Shown here piece after piece: positions 40,330 to 50,998 of a stretch of 64,000 bases of DNA; the first letter of the stretch is position 1; each line of letters begins with the position of its first letter. Source of the DNA: Nitrososphaeria archaeon (lineage in GTDB: Archaea; Thermoproteota; Nitrososphaeria; JACIWG01); the NCBI GenBank assembly GCA_050011875.1, contig JBEKIG010000005.1, positions 70,653 through 134,652 of the forward strand. The letters run 5' to 3'. The position numbers and the translations under genes are program-made. Under the pieces are notes generated by a model, which was not told where the DNA came from, ran no database searches, and saw only the letters and a list, made by a program, of their open reading frames with translations.

Positions 40330-41096
40330 AGCTGTAAGGCCTCAACGATCTTCTCGGTGTCTTCGCTACCGGTGAGTTTCAGGAATATGTCCTCCAATGT
40401 CGAACCGGGCATTCCCATTTTTGACCTCAGTTCCTGCGCTGTCCCCTCAGCTATGGTGCTTCCTTCATTTAATATGGTAATCTTGCCGCATACGACCTCA
40501 GCGATTTCTAGGACATGAGTGCTGAAGATGATTGAGACTCCCTCCCCAGCAAGGCGCTGAAGGATATCCTTGACGATCCTAGCCGATCGGGGGTCTAGGC
40601 CGTTCAGCGGTTCGTCCAAGATTAAGGCTCTGGGTCGATGAAGCAGTGCTGCCGTAAAGGCAATCTTCTGCCTCATCCCTTGGGAGAAGCCGCTCATGAC
40701 TTCGTTGATGTGCTCGTTCATCTGCAGCGCCCGAAGAAGCTCATCAACTCTTTCCCGCCTACTCTTAAGGTCGATGCGATAGGCGGTGGCCACGAAGTCA
40801 AGGTATTCCGAAGCCGTTAGGTATTCGTAGAGATAGGGGAATTCTGGAACGTAGCCCACAAGCTTCTTAGCCTCGATGGGTTCCCGCAGCACATCTACGC
40901 CACAAAGGCTTATCTTACCGCTGTCGGGCCTGACTATGCCCATCACCATCTTCATGGTTGTGCTCTTCCCTGATCCATTTGGACCTAGAAGACCACGTAT
41001 TTCCCCAGGTGCCACGGAGAGTGTCAGGTCTCTTACTGCAACCTTATCGCCAAAAGATTTCTTCACAGATTCGAGCATTATCCCTTCCATTGGCAT
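40326..41096 (-). CDS. ABC transporter ATP-binding protein
   Basis: GPNGSGKS, FSQGM and LILDEP motifs. Confidence 0.93.
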   Translation of the reverse strand: MPMEGIMLESVKKSFGDKVAVRDLTLSVAPGEIRGLLGPNGSGKSTTMKMVMGIVRPDSGKISLCGVDVLREPIEAKKLVGYVPEFPYLYEYLTASEYLDFVATAYRIDLKSRRERVDELLRALQMNEHINEVMSGFSQGMRQKIAFTAALLHRPRALILDEPLNGLDPRSARIVKDILQRLAGEGVSIIFSTHVLEIAEVVCGKITILNEGSTIAEGTAQELRSKMGMPGSTLEDIFLKLTGSEDTEKIVEALQL

Positions 41097-41188
41097 CTAA
41101 AATCTTAACTCAAGCACCATTGTTTTTATCCGGTCATTATTTAACGCTTATTAATATTGCCAAGCTTTCGCCGTAGATTGGCTAGCAG

Positions 41189-42652
41189 TTAGAGTTTCAG
41201 GCCTTTGGCTACACGATTGCCGAGCTGTGGGTCGGCTGCGGCTAGATTTTTAACCATACGCTTTTGGATCGAAGTATTTGCTTTTCCCAGCGAGTCAACG
41301 ATGTTGTCAACGAGGTGGTCTTGGTCCAGCTTGCCAAGTGAGCGGTAGCGTTCACCTGCCTGCTTGTAATCATTGGTTACACTGATCTTCCTACGCGTTA
41401 TATCTCCTGCAACATGGGGGTAACCGGTCGGGATGGCTGGCGCCTCACTTGGCATTCCCTCTGCTAGAGTGTTAGGTTCATAGTTGACCGTCCCACCACC
41501 ATAAGGCGCGTATTGCATGGAACCATCACGCTGATTGTTGTTGACTGGCACTACCGGCCGATTGACTGGAAGCTGCAGGTAATTGGCTCCTAATCGGTGC
41601 CTCTGAGTATCTGCATACGAGAAGACCCTCCCCTGCAAAAGCTTGTCGGCTGAGAGTTCTATTCCAGGCACGATTGATGCCGGGCAGAAAGCAGCCTGCT
41701 CCACTTCGGCAAAGAAGTTTTCCGGGTTGCGATCCAGTACCATCTTGCCCACGGGCATCAGTGGAAATTTGTCCTCGGGCCAAGTCTTAGTGGCATCCAA
41801 GGGATCAAAGTCCTGCTTCAGCTCATCGGCGATTTCCATTATCTGTACATTCATTTCAAACTCGACCGTATTACCCGCTGCGATGGTATCATGCAGATCT
41901 CTGGTGGCAATGTCAGGGTCCTCCCCTGCAAGACGGGTGGCTTCATGACGGTCGATCGTCTTTACTCCTGCCGAAGGTTTCCAGTGATACTTGACGTAAA
42001 CTGCCTTGCCTTCCGCGTTAACCCACTTATACGTATTAACGCCGAATCCTTCCATCGTCCTATAGCTCTTGACTGTTCCCCGGTCGGAAAACAGCCATGT
42101 GATCATGTGCGTTGATTCTGGGGTCAAGGATATGAAATCCCAAAAACGACTGTTCGCGGAAGAGCTTGTTGGTATGTTCGTATCAGGTGCTGGTTTGAAG
42201 GAATGTACCATATCAGGAAACTTGATGGCGTCTCGGATGAAGAAGACGGGCAGGTTGTTTCCTACGAGATCGTAGTTCCCATCTTCAGTGTAAAACTTTA
42301 CGGCAAAACCTCTTGGATCGCGTGCTGTATCTGCGGATCCACGTGCGCCAACTACGGTGGAGAAACGAACGAAGACAGGCGTCTTTTTCTTCGGGTCTTG
42401 AAGAAATTTTGCGCAGGTGTACGTTGCCATACTCTTGTATACTTGGAAGTATCCATGGGCGCCAGCACCCTTGGCGTGTACTACGCGCTCCGGGATGCGC
42501 TCACGGTCAAAGTTCGCGAGCTTCTCGATGAGATGTACGTCCTGCAGTAAGACAGGCCCTCGCTCACCGACGGTCAGCGAATTTTGGTTATCTGAAACTG
42601 GAACTCCTTGATTAGTTGTTAGGTGTTTTACTTTTATGGTATCTTTACTCAT
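41189..42652 (-). CDS. katA: Monofunctional heme catalase (small subunit)
   Basis: FDRERIPERVVHAKG active site and RVFSYADTQ heme-ligand signatures. Confidence 0.97.
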   Translation of the reverse strand: MSKDTIKVKHLTTNQGVPVSDNQNSLTVGERGPVLLQDVHLIEKLANFDRERIPERVVHAKGAGAHGYFQVYKSMATYTCAKFLQDPKKKTPVFVRFSTVVGARGSADTARDPRGFAVKFYTEDGNYDLVGNNLPVFFIRDAIKFPDMVHSFKPAPDTNIPTSSSANSRFWDFISLTPESTHMITWLFSDRGTVKSYRTMEGFGVNTYKWVNAEGKAVYVKYHWKPSAGVKTIDRHEATRLAGEDPDIATRDLHDTIAAGNTVEFEMNVQIMEIADELKQDFDPLDATKTWPEDKFPLMPVGKMVLDRNPENFFAEVEQAAFCPASIVPGIELSADKLLQGRVFSYADTQRHRLGANYLQLPVNRPVVPVNNNQRDGSMQYAPYGGGTVNYEPNTLAEGMPSEAPAIPTGYPHVAGDITRRKISVTNDYKQAGERYRSLGKLDQDHLVDNIVDSLGKANTSIQKRMVKNLAAADPQLGNRVAKGLKL

Positions 42653-42673
42653 TAATTTTCACTTTGAAGGATG

Positions 42674-42690
42674 ATAGAACTAAGTTCTAT
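42674..42690. promoter_or_regulatory. Putative Fur/PerR operator
   Basis: Perfect 7-3-7 inverted repeat ATAGAAC-TAA-GTTCTAT in the 90-bp divergent katA/fur intergenic region. Confidence 0.7.
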
Positions 42691-42742
42691 TTAAGACTTA
42701 CTTCTAGATAGTCTTTTATACGTTCTCGCTGAATTATATACC

Positions 42743-43132
42743 ATGGAGAAAAAGTTACAGGAGCATGGTATGAGGCTTACCCCACAAAGGTTGGAATTGG
42801 CCAAAGTAATCAGGGAATTAGGCTATAGACATCCCTCATTCAATGAGATCTACAGAGCCGTCAAAGCTAAACAACCAAACGTAAGTCGCTCCACAGTGCT
42901 TGGTAACCTTAAGTCAATGATCAAACTTGGTCTTATAGGGAGTTTCAACTTTAAGGGGGAAACTCACTACGAGATGAACCTTCAGCTCCATGTGAACTTG
43001 GCAGAATCCAACGGCTTAATAAGGGACATTAAAAATGAGGAAATCATAAAGCATCTTCAAGACATAGCGAGGCTAATAAGGGAAGGGGAAGGGATACAAA
43101 TCAAAAGCCTGTTGGTCCTTGCAGAGCAATGA
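42743..43132 (+). CDS. Fur-family regulator, PerR-like
   Basis: RLTPQR, HPSFNEIY and NVSRSTV motifs; divergent from catalase; no CxxC. Confidence 0.82.
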   Translation: MEKKLQEHGMRLTPQRLELAKVIRELGYRHPSFNEIYRAVKAKQPNVSRSTVLGNLKSMIKLGLIGSFNFKGETHYEMNLQLHVNLAESNGLIRDIKNEEIIKHLQDIARLIREGEGIQIKSLLVLAEQ

Positions 43133-43190
43133 AGTCTAAATATTCGCTTTGCAAGAAAATTTCAAGAATTTATGATGAAAGATGTTATTA

Positions 43191-44438
43191 CTAGTTCATT
43201 TCTATGCGTGATATTATGGGGACCGCTAGAACAGATATAATCGCAGCGGTAAAAAATCCTATCGCATAGCCCATAGAACCCATAACGAGGCCTCCTAACG
43301 CCGATCCGAAAGCATTCGACAATGCTAGCACTGAAAGAAGTTCTCCCTGTGATGATCCCTTACTATGCTCTGGAGCTGATGATACAGTGAACGTTACGAT
43401 GGGAAGCCATAGTATAGTATATAGAAGGTTGAAGGTTGAGGTGAGAATTAGAGGTAAAAAGAAAATTAAGGCATATGGGAAAGAACGTGTAACGAATAAG
43501 GAAAGTATTCCCCAGCCTACTATCAACAAAGCACGCCCATAGATAGCTTTGTTCATAAGCTTCTTTTTGTCTTGCTTTAGAGATGGTGCGATCTTGGCGA
43601 ACGATAGAGTCCAAACTGCATATATAGACGTGTTGATCGCTAAAATTGCACTATTGGATAATCCAAGGTCTCCCATCAGAGGGGTTAGACCGACTCCATA
43701 AAAGTTTACGCCCGTCCACTGTATGAAGCAGGCTAAGAATAATAGTTGTAGAGGTTTAAACTTTTTTAGGCTCGTAGGTATACGGAGATGTCTTAGATCT
43801 AAACGGTGCAAGATAGGAGAGAAGAGCCGCTCCGCGTCCCTTAAGCTTCTGATATGGAAGGCGTGTCTCTCTAACGTCATATAAGATTCCCGACCTATCT
43901 TCCAAAGCATTGCGGCTGAAATGAGACATAGGGCTGCAGAGATTATAAAGAGCCACTTTAACTGTAAGAACAGTGCAAGCAGTGAATTCATAGCGAATCC
44001 AAGTATGGTACCGAGACTTGAGATAGAATTGTACGTGGCGACCTCCTTCTGCCAGTTCTTCCCGATACATGTCCCAACAGTGTACATCACGGCAATTGAC
44101 GCAACTCCACTTGTAAATACGGATAAAAGCGTGTAATAGAGCACAACTTGAGGTACAGAGCTAGCTGTACTCAATAAGAAAAATGTTGGCGCAAGTAAAA
44201 TGAAGACCAGAAGAAGGTACCTCTTCCGCAACCCCGTTCTGTCAGAAAGCTCCCCCCATAAAGTGGAGAATATTATGGTGGCTACGACTCCTGAAGAAAT
44301 CATCAGCCCAACTTCTGTGACAGTTCCGCCAAGTGACAGAATGAGTAGGGTTGAAATAACGGTGATGGCGCCGATAGCCATGTTCAGGGGTATTAAGGAA
44401 AGATACCAGGATGTGTTATTGCTCCGAAGCTGCTGCAT
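43191..44438 (-). CDS. MFS transporter
   Basis: WGELSDRTGLRK motif A; about 12 TMs. Confidence 0.88.
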   Translation of the reverse strand: MQQLRSNNTSWYLSLIPLNMAIGAITVISTLLILSLGGTVTEVGLMISSGVVATIIFSTLWGELSDRTGLRKRYLLLVFILLAPTFFLLSTASSVPQVVLYYTLLSVFTSGVASIAVMYTVGTCIGKNWQKEVATYNSISSLGTILGFAMNSLLALFLQLKWLFIISAALCLISAAMLWKIGRESYMTLERHAFHIRSLRDAERLFSPILHRLDLRHLRIPTSLKKFKPLQLLFLACFIQWTGVNFYGVGLTPLMGDLGLSNSAILAINTSIYAVWTLSFAKIAPSLKQDKKKLMNKAIYGRALLIVGWGILSLFVTRSFPYALIFFLPLILTSTFNLLYTILWLPIVTFTVSSAPEHSKGSSQGELLSVLALSNAFGSALGGLVMGSMGYAIGFFTAAIISVLAVPIISRIEMN

Positions 44439-44713
44439 ATTCGTATTGCCTACAGACGTTAAAAATGCAATTAAATTAAGTTTCTTTTAGATGTTTTAAA
44501 GCGTTTTTAGTAAACTTGAAAGAAAAACTCTCTTCAGTACGTAACATCGAATCCGTCCCAACGCGTTATTTAAACTGAATGTTCTATATGACTAATGCTG
44601 TAATTGTTGCTATTCAAAATGTGGGTTTGGATTGCTGATGATTCTGGGTGTTTACGTTTTCTACAGAAAATAATGTGATGGGGGGCCAAACATTTTCATA
44701 ACGGTTTCTCCAA

Positions 44714-46687
44714 TCAGAGGAAAAGAGTAAGAAGTCTAAACGCTAAGCCTCCGATCAGTATTGCCGAGATTATGTTGGCCACCGAAATCGTCGTAGCAGC
44801 TTTCCAGCCGAACTCCTTTGCTAAGATTGTGAAAACAGATATGCATGGGAAGTAGATCAGCGACACCAAGGCCAGGGTTGTAAGCTGAACAGGTGTCATG
44901 AACAAGGCAAGATTTGCTGTTCCAAAGATTGCAACCGCCCCAAGAAGCACAAGCTCCTTTCTAACCACTCCGAATATGAGCAATATGCCGGTGATAACGG
45001 GCAACCCGAGCACCGTCACCGTTAACGGAGACATGACATTTCCAATAGGCGCTAGAAGGTTCAGAGCAAACAGAACTTGGACCAACGCGCTGCCAAGCAT
45101 ATAAATGGGAAAAACAAAGTAGAATATCGACTTGGTTCTTATCCAAGTCTGCTTGCGAACCACGGAAAACGATGGAACCTTAAAGCTGTGCATCTCCATT
45201 ATCAGACCTGTAGATTTTCCCGGAACCGCCTTCATCGCAATTCTGCCCATAACAAAGATTATCGCCACATCAACCACATACAATGCAAGCGCCCACTGCA
45301 CGCCAAGGAATAAGCCGACCATTCCAAAAATCACGATTGTCCTTGCCGCGCATGGCGCAAAGGTGATGGCAAACGATGCTAAAAGTCGCTCTCGTCTTGT
45401 TTCCATGATTTTGCAGGATGCAATCGCGGGTACGCCACAGCCATAGCCTAAGATAATTGGAATGAGCGCCTTTCCATGCAACCCTATTTTATGCATGGCA
45501 CTGTCCATCATAAACGCAACCCTCGTCAGCAGACCTGAATCTTCAATCATCGCTAATAAGAGGTAGAAGGGGATGACAAACGGTACGATTAATGTTATTC
45601 CAGCATCTACTCCTCCCCAGATACCATTCCAGACGATGGCCAAGATTGACCCACTCACTTTAGGGTCTAAAGGTTGAACACGACTTGTCACATAAGTTGA
45701 AATTAATTTAGAAAGAAAATTGCCCACGAAAAACGTCCAAAGAAGCAAACCACCCACTACCGCAGCGGACATTAAATAGCCATATACCCTGTGCGTGGCT
45801 ATCCAATCCAGCTTATCTGAAAACGTCGTTCTAATTTCACTCTGTCGCTGCGACTCGCCTGCAATTTTATTGGCAAGAAAATATCTCTCAGAAGCGATAA
45901 CAGCAAAGCATGGCTCCTTATGTATAGAAGAGATCTCTGCCGCCAGAGCCTCAGACATTTTGATGACATCTTCGGATTTAGAAGCGACTAATTTCTTGAT
46001 TTCAGGGTCATTTTCCAAAAGTTTTATGGCAACCCATCTAGACGGATACGTTAACCTAAGATTTCCTGTCTGAATCGCTTGGTCAAGCTTGGCTATTCGT
46101 TCTTCTATTTCAGCCCCATATCTAACGTGCGTTTTTCCATTGCTGCTGGCGTTCCGTGCAACGCTTAAAGCCGTTTTTGTCAGTTCGTACATTCCTTCGC
46201 CTCTAATAGCCACTGTGGGAACAACAGGCACTCCCAAAGCTTGCCCCAACTTTTTTGTGTCAATTACTATTCCTTTGTTCTTAGCGATGTCAACTTGGTT
46301 TAGGCAGATTACCAACGGGGCTCCCATTTCGATAAGTTGCAACGTGAAAAACAAATTGCGTTCAAGAACAGCAGCATCTACAACGTTTATGACGACGTCC
46401 GGATTTTCTGTGGCTATGTATTCTCTTGAGACGATTTCCTCCATGCCGAAAGTGGAAAATGAATAGATGCCTGGCAGGTCGATTATGGTTATTTGTTGTC
46501 CTTCAAAGTTAAGCGTGCCCTCAGCTTTTTCGACGGTTTTTCCTGGCCAGTTGCCGATTATTTGGCTTGAACCTGTAAGCTGGTTAAACAGCACGCTTTT
46601 TCCAACGTTAGCGTTGCCAGCTAATGCGATGGTTATGTTCTTTTGAGTTTTTTTCGAACTTGAAGTTGAACTAGAATGACCTGACAT
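44714..46687 (-). CDS. feoB: Ferrous iron transporter FeoB
   Basis: [22 protein letters not shown]-domain motifs plus membrane gate domains; probable start 46687. Confidence 0.95.
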   Translation of the reverse strand: MSGHSSSTSSSKKTQKNITIALAGNANVGKSVLFNQLTGSSQIIGNWPGKTVEKAEGTLNFEGQQITIIDLPGIYSFSTFGMEEIVSREYIATENPDVVINVVDAAVLERNLFFTLQLIEMGAPLVICLNQVDIAKNKGIVIDTKKLGQALGVPVVPTVAIRGEGMYELTKTALSVARNASSNGKTHVRYGAEIEERIAKLDQAIQTGNLRLTYPSRWVAIKLLENDPEIKKLVASKSEDVIKMSEALAAEISSIHKEPCFAVIASERYFLANKIAGESQRQSEIRTTFSDKLDWIATHRVYGYLMSAAVVGGLLLWTFFVGNFLSKLISTYVTSRVQPLDPKVSGSILAIVWNGIWGGVDAGITLIVPFVIPFYLLLAMIEDSGLLTRVAFMMDSAMHKIGLHGKALIPIILGYGCGVPAIASCKIMETRRERLLASFAITFAPCAARTIVIFGMVGLFLGVQWALALYVVDVAIIFVMGRIAMKAVPGKSTGLIMEMHSFKVPSFSVVRKQTWIRTKSIFYFVFPIYMLGSALVQVLFALNLLAPIGNVMSPLTVTVLGLPVITGILLIFGVVRKELVLLGAVAIFGTANLALFMTPVQLTTLALVSLIYFPCISVFTILAKEFGWKAATTISVANIISAILIGGLAFRLLTLFL

Positions 46688-46704
46688 AACTATCATCCGC
46701 CCTA

Positions 46705-47424
46705 CTAAGTTTTCTGTGTGCAATCTACAAAGACATTTGCAGCAATATCTTGTCCGAGTGCAACTTTGGAGCCTCTCACGCACACTTCAACCGGACCTTT
46801 TAAAGGTGCAATTTTTTCTACTTTTATGGAAGTTCCAGGCGTTAGTCCAATATCCAAAAGTCTTTGTAGGACTCTGTGTTCTCCCCTTATGAATGAGACC
46901 TTTCCACATGCACCTACTTTGAGCGTGCATATTGAAACCAAATTCGCCTCGCGTTGTCCTACTTGTTCCAAGCCTTTATTGTGCATTTGTATGCATTCTT
47001 CGCAGGTGGCGAAAGGTAGGTTGCATGCGGGGATGATTTTGCCGTCGTCTGGGCATTTGTCTGGGTGGTTTAGGAAGCGACACAGGGATTCTTCTGCTTC
47101 GTCAGAGAGGGCGTGTTCCATTTCGCATGCTTCTTCGTGGACTTTGTCTTTTCCAATTTTTAATTTGTTAAACAGAAATGTTTCGAGCAATCTGTGCTTT
47201 CTCATTATTTTTTGGGCTTCTTGGAGGCCTTTCTCCGTGAGTGTGCTTCCTTGGTATGGTGAATAATTTACGTAGCCGTCTTCGGCGAGTTTCTTGAGCA
47301 TTTCGGTTACGCTCGCTGGAGCTACGTCTAGTTTATGCGATATTTCGGTGGTACCTACTAAATCCCCGTTTTTAGACAGTGCGCCTATAACTTTGAGGTA
47401 ATCTGCAGTGCTTTTCGGTGTCAT
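46705..47424 (-). CDS. DtxR/IdeR-family metal-dependent repressor with C-terminal FeoA domain
   Basis: DYLK..., [23 protein letters not shown]; FeoA-like C-terminus ([10 protein letters not shown]...APLKGP). Confidence 0.92.
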   Translation of the reverse strand: MTPKSTADYLKVIGALSKNGDLVGTTEISHKLDVAPASVTEMLKKLAEDGYVNYSPYQGSTLTEKGLQEAQKIMRKHRLLETFLFNKLKIGKDKVHEEACEMEHALSDEAEESLCRFLNHPDKCPDDGKIIPACNLPFATCEECIQMHNKGLEQVGQREANLVSICTLKVGACGKVSFIRGEHRVLQRLLDIGLTPGTSIKVEKIAPLKGPVEVCVRGSKVALGQDIAANVFVDCTQKT

Positions 47425-47438
47425 CCCACATCACCTTA

Positions 47439-47487
47439 TTAGGTATGCCTAACTTATGGACCCTAATAAACATTTAGGCATGCCTAA
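47439..47487. promoter_or_regulatory. Tandem DtxR/IdeR-type operators
   Basis: TTAGGTATGCCTAA (47439-47452) and perfect palindrome TTAGGCATGCCTAA (47474-47487) upstream of dtxR-feoB; similar to the DtxR core TTAGG-N4-CCTAA. Confidence 0.85.
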
Positions 47488-47716
47488 TTTTTTTAATCAA
47501 ACACTGAATGAACTTTTTTCAAAATCACGTGGACAGAATGTTAAAAATGTGATTACAACGTTTCTTCCAATAACCTTTTGAGCCTTCTCTTTTTAATTTC
47601 CCCTCATTCATAAAATAATATTATTATTAGTTTGTTGCATGAATCTATGGTGGGAGGTTATCTACGCTTAGGCCTGTCTTGCCAACCTGCAGCAATATTC
47701 GTATAATGTAGCCTAA

Positions 47717-47758
47717 AACAAAAACGGGATGAGAAGACTTTTCCCGAACCCTTTTGTT
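47717..47758 (-). terminator. Possible hairpin terminator after ESCRT-III gene
   Basis: AACAAAA..CGGGA / TCCCG..TTTTGTT inverted arms about 30 bp past the stop. Confidence 0.35.
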
Positions 47759-47784
47759 CGAGCAAGCCGTCTTCTCTTTTGAAT

Positions 47785-48429
47785 TTAGGTAAAGGTTTGG
47801 GTTGCTTCTTCCGACGGCACTCCTGTTGGAAGTTCTGGAAACTTTTCTTTCATTCTCTGCTCTGCTACTGACGATGCTTCTGCGAGTATTCTTTCAGCGT
47901 CTTCGTTTGCTACCTCAAAGTTGAGCGTTGCACCACTTGCGGTTCCAGCGTCCACTAGAATACTACTGAGCATGCCACTGATCTCATTAATCTCTTTTTC
48001 AGCTTCAGGCATTACGCTTATTATTCCGCTCTTCACACTTCTTAGGACAGACATTGCTGGAGCCAACGTTACTACAACGTCTCCAAGCTCTGTTACAGTA
48101 TTTAGTCTTAGTGCAATCTGTTCTAGGGCGACCTTTGACGAGTTAAAGGTCATATTCATTTTTCTTGTTTCTGCAAGCTCGTTCGCGTAGACGCTAGCAC
48201 GCTGTGTATCATGCTTCTGAATGGCGGTGATGACCTTGTTGAATATTACAGCATCCTTCTCCCTCTGCCTCGTGGAAGTAGCCTCCAACTTCGCAACCTG
48301 AGCCTGTATCGCACGAGCAGCATCCTCAAGCTTGGGCTTCAGCGGGCCAGGAGGCCTAATAGCTTCCTTAACCCTTTCACCCATAGAAGGCTTCTGTTCT
48401 TTAACCCACTTTTCTCCAAACTTTGACAT
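47785..48429 (-). CDS. ESCRT-III / Snf7-family protein (CdvB paralog)
   Basis: Coiled coil with RASVYANELAETRK, ALEQIALRLNTV..LGD and AERILAEAS...FPELP. Confidence 0.88.
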   Translation of the reverse strand: MSKFGEKWVKEQKPSMGERVKEAIRPPGPLKPKLEDAARAIQAQVAKLEATSTRQREKDAVIFNKVITAIQKHDTQRASVYANELAETRKMNMTFNSSKVALEQIALRLNTVTELGDVVVTLAPAMSVLRSVKSGIISVMPEAEKEINEISGMLSSILVDAGTASGATLNFEVANEDAERILAEASSVAEQRMKEKFPELPTGVPSEEATQTFT

Positions 48430-48779
48430 TTTTACCCCTCAACCTTAAGTCGATATGATCAACTATTACTCTCCTATGTCACCCATAACATTGTATCCAA
48501 GGTGACAGGTATGACGGTGACAATGATCGGCATAGGCGACGAAAACACAGCCTTAGAGAAAAGGAGTTCGGCCTCAGCGAATACGTATCAAGGGAGGGTC
48601 TATGTCACCTTGTTCAAGGCTCGGCCAACGCAAGATCAAGGACATTGCAATAAATTCTGGTGCACCAAGGACAAACATTCTGAATTGTGCAAAATTAAGT
48701 TGGAAAGAAAAAGGCTCCCGAAAAATCGTTATTTATTATGCATAAAAAATTTATATCTTAGCTGAAACCAATTAAAAAC

Positions 48780-49022
48780 ATGAAAGTTTATACCGATCGC
48801 CTTACTATTTTCAGGGTCATCGGAGAGGTCTTATTTCTGTACGGTTTTATCGGTTGGTTTTATGGGGTATTCGTGGCGTTTACTCATCCAGAGTGGCTGC
48901 CTATGCCCGTGTCTCATCTTTTCCCATGGATGAGAACGGATACTTTCACAATTTTATCCTTCATAGTTAGCGCCATCGGTTTCGTCATGTGGCGGTTAGC
49001 CAAAGAAACAACAAGCCGTTAA
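48780..49022 (+). CDS. Small two-TM membrane protein
   Basis: Two hydrophobic helices; TTTATA box about 30 bp upstream. Confidence 0.65.
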   Translation: MKVYTDRLTIFRVIGEVLFLYGFIGWFYGVFVAFTHPEWLPMPVSHLFPWMRTDTFTILSFIVSAIGFVMWRLAKETTSR

Positions 49023-49129
49023 AAACCGTCAATTTTGACGGGATACAATAGACACCCATTGCAGCGTTGATGATGTACGCGAAAGTTTAGTCCTAATTTC
49101 TTGAATATCTTTTGACAGCTGCCCATATT

Positions 49130-49540
49130 TTATCTCAAAGCTTTAAGTTGATTTAATAAAATTTTGACTTTGCCTTCAACGTTATCCCTGACTCTTCTGA
49201 TATCTTCAATTGGTTTACCTCTTACGTCATCGACCTGCCATTTTTCCACCTTCCCCCTAACTGGAGCTGGGCATGCATCTTCATCACAACCCATCAAAAT
49301 TATTTTTTCTGCGTCCGTGTACATCCAACTCTCCAAAGCCTTCGGTTTGTTGCCGGAAATGTCTATTCCCCTTTCTCTCATCACCTCTACAACTAGTGAA
49401 TTTACTTCCCTAGCTGGTTTTGTACCAGCACTTACAGCATAATAGCTTTCAGGAGACATAGAGTTGAAGAAACCTTCGGCCATTTGACTTCTTCCAGAGT
49501 TACCAACACATATAAAAAGAACCATCTTCTTCTTCTGCAT
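49130..49540 (-). CDS. arsC: Arsenate reductase / LMW-PTP family
   Basis: CVGNSGRSQMAE P-loop, SAGT and GC...ACP motifs. Confidence 0.85.
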   Translation of the reverse strand: MQKKKMVLFICVGNSGRSQMAEGFFNSMSPESYYAVSAGTKPAREVNSLVVEVMRERGIDISGNKPKALESWMYTDAEKIILMGCDEDACPAPVRGKVEKWQVDDVRGKPIEDIRRVRDNVEGKVKILLNQLKALR

Positions 49541-49591
49541 TATAGTTACACTTACATTATCTTATTTAAATTTTGTAATGTCTCGATCGTA

Positions 49592-50752
49592 TTAACTTTG
49601 CAATACCTTGTAAGCTGCCTCAGTACCTAACCCAACTTTTTCAGTTATCTTCAACTCCTTTAATATCAGCTCTAAGGCTGGAACAAGTTGTATAAGGAAT
49701 TGTGGGCTAGCGGTTTCACCCATGTGTCCGATGCGAATAATCTTTCCCTCAACTTCACCATAGCCTGAGCTTATCATAAGACCGAATCTATCTATCAGAA
49801 GCGATATTATCTTCTTATCCATGCCATCAGGAACCTTAACTGCCGTCAGCACTGGTGATGCACCTTCTTCCTCTGGTAAAACATCAAGACCCAAAGCCCT
49901 AACCGCCGCCCGATAGGCTTTTCCTACCCTAAAATGTCTCTCATACCGCTTTCTAAGGCCTTCTTTAAGTGCCTTCTGCTCTGCCAAAAAAAAGGCCCGT
50001 ATAACGGATGTCGGAACCGAAGTGGGATGAGGGTGTCCCAAACTACTCCAATCTTCGACTTCACTAATGTAGGTTGGAATACTGAAGAAATAGGATCTAA
50101 TGGGGTTCTTCCTTTTTTTAGCAAACTCAATAAATCTTTCGCTTATCGCAATCGGGCAAACACCGTTTACACTTGAAAGGCATTTGCTTGCATAACCTAC
50201 CGCGTAGTCGACATCCCAGCCATCGAAATCGATTTCGATTCCACCAAAAGACGAGACTGCGTCGACAAGAAACAGTTTATCATATTTCTTGACAACCTTT
50301 CCAATGTCCCTGATATTATTTAGTATCCCTGAGCCCGTATCGTTTTGTAGCGCGTAAACCGCTTTAACATCTGGCTGTGTATCGAGTATTTCCTTAATCT
50401 TCTCCAGGTCAATTTTTGCACCATGCCTGCTTCTCACTTCAATAACGTTGGCGCCACAGTCTCTCAGCATATTTCCTTGACAGTCACCAAAAAAGCCATT
50501 TGTTATATTGATGACCTTATCGTTATCGCCTTCCAAAACGTTTGGTATAGACATCTCCACGGCAAGGGTGCCTGGAACGGGGACGATCGTAACAAAAGAT
50601 TTTGTACCAAAAATCTTCTTAGCATCTTCACATGCACTGTTATATAGTTCACCCCACTCTTGACCGTAATGCGCCATAACGGGTTTAGAAAGTTCAGCTA
50701 AGATGTCCGGGTCGGCCTCTGAAGGGCCGGGAATGAACAGTATTTTTCTCAA
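49592..50752 (-). CDS. Class V PLP aminotransferase (alanine/serine-glyoxylate type)
   Basis: IPGPS, VDAVSS, ASKCL and RIGHMG motifs. Confidence 0.9.
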   Translation of the reverse strand: MRKILFIPGPSEADPDILAELSKPVMAHYGQEWGELYNSACEDAKKIFGTKSFVTIVPVPGTLAVEMSIPNVLEGDNDKVINITNGFFGDCQGNMLRDCGANVIEVRSRHGAKIDLEKIKEILDTQPDVKAVYALQNDTGSGILNNIRDIGKVVKKYDKLFLVDAVSSFGGIEIDFDGWDVDYAVGYASKCLSSVNGVCPIAISERFIEFAKKRKNPIRSYFFSIPTYISEVEDWSSLGHPHPTSVPTSVIRAFFLAEQKALKEGLRKRYERHFRVGKAYRAAVRALGLDVLPEEEGASPVLTAVKVPDGMDKKIISLLIDRFGLMISSGYGEVEGKIIRIGHMGETASPQFLIQLVPALELILKELKITEKVGLGTEAAYKVLQS

Positions 50753-50792
50753 TTACGTCTTAATGCGTCTAAGATTCGCCTATTTAACTTAT

Positions 50793-50836
50793 TCGGCGGG
50801 AAGTCCCTAGAGCTTTTGGCTAAGGATGAAAGCCGA
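50793..50836. mobile_element. Orphan IS200/IS605-family end hairpin
   Basis: TCGGCGGGAAGTCCCTAG...CTAAGGATGAAAGCCGA; resembles archaeal IS605/IS1341 ends; no transposase nearby. Confidence 0.6.
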
Positions 50837-50998
50837 TAATAATATAAGTTACTCGGGTACAGTTTAACTGGCTTTATGTTAACAAATTATGGACTTTAGA
50901 CCGTTGTCGCATGTTGTTAATGGAGAAAATATTGGTTTTTCTAATAAAAGTTTTTTAATAAGCTTGTGTAAAAGACCAATACCCGTCAGGATGGAAGA

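Noticed and set aside
46688-46783. Cys-rich N-terminal extension of FeoB in the ORF track
   Set aside because: Overlaps the dtxR 3' end out of frame; SD spacing favours a start at 46687
48502-48765. 87-aa ORF upstream of ESCRT-III
   Set aside because: No motif; begins inside the GGTGACA repeats; likely spurious
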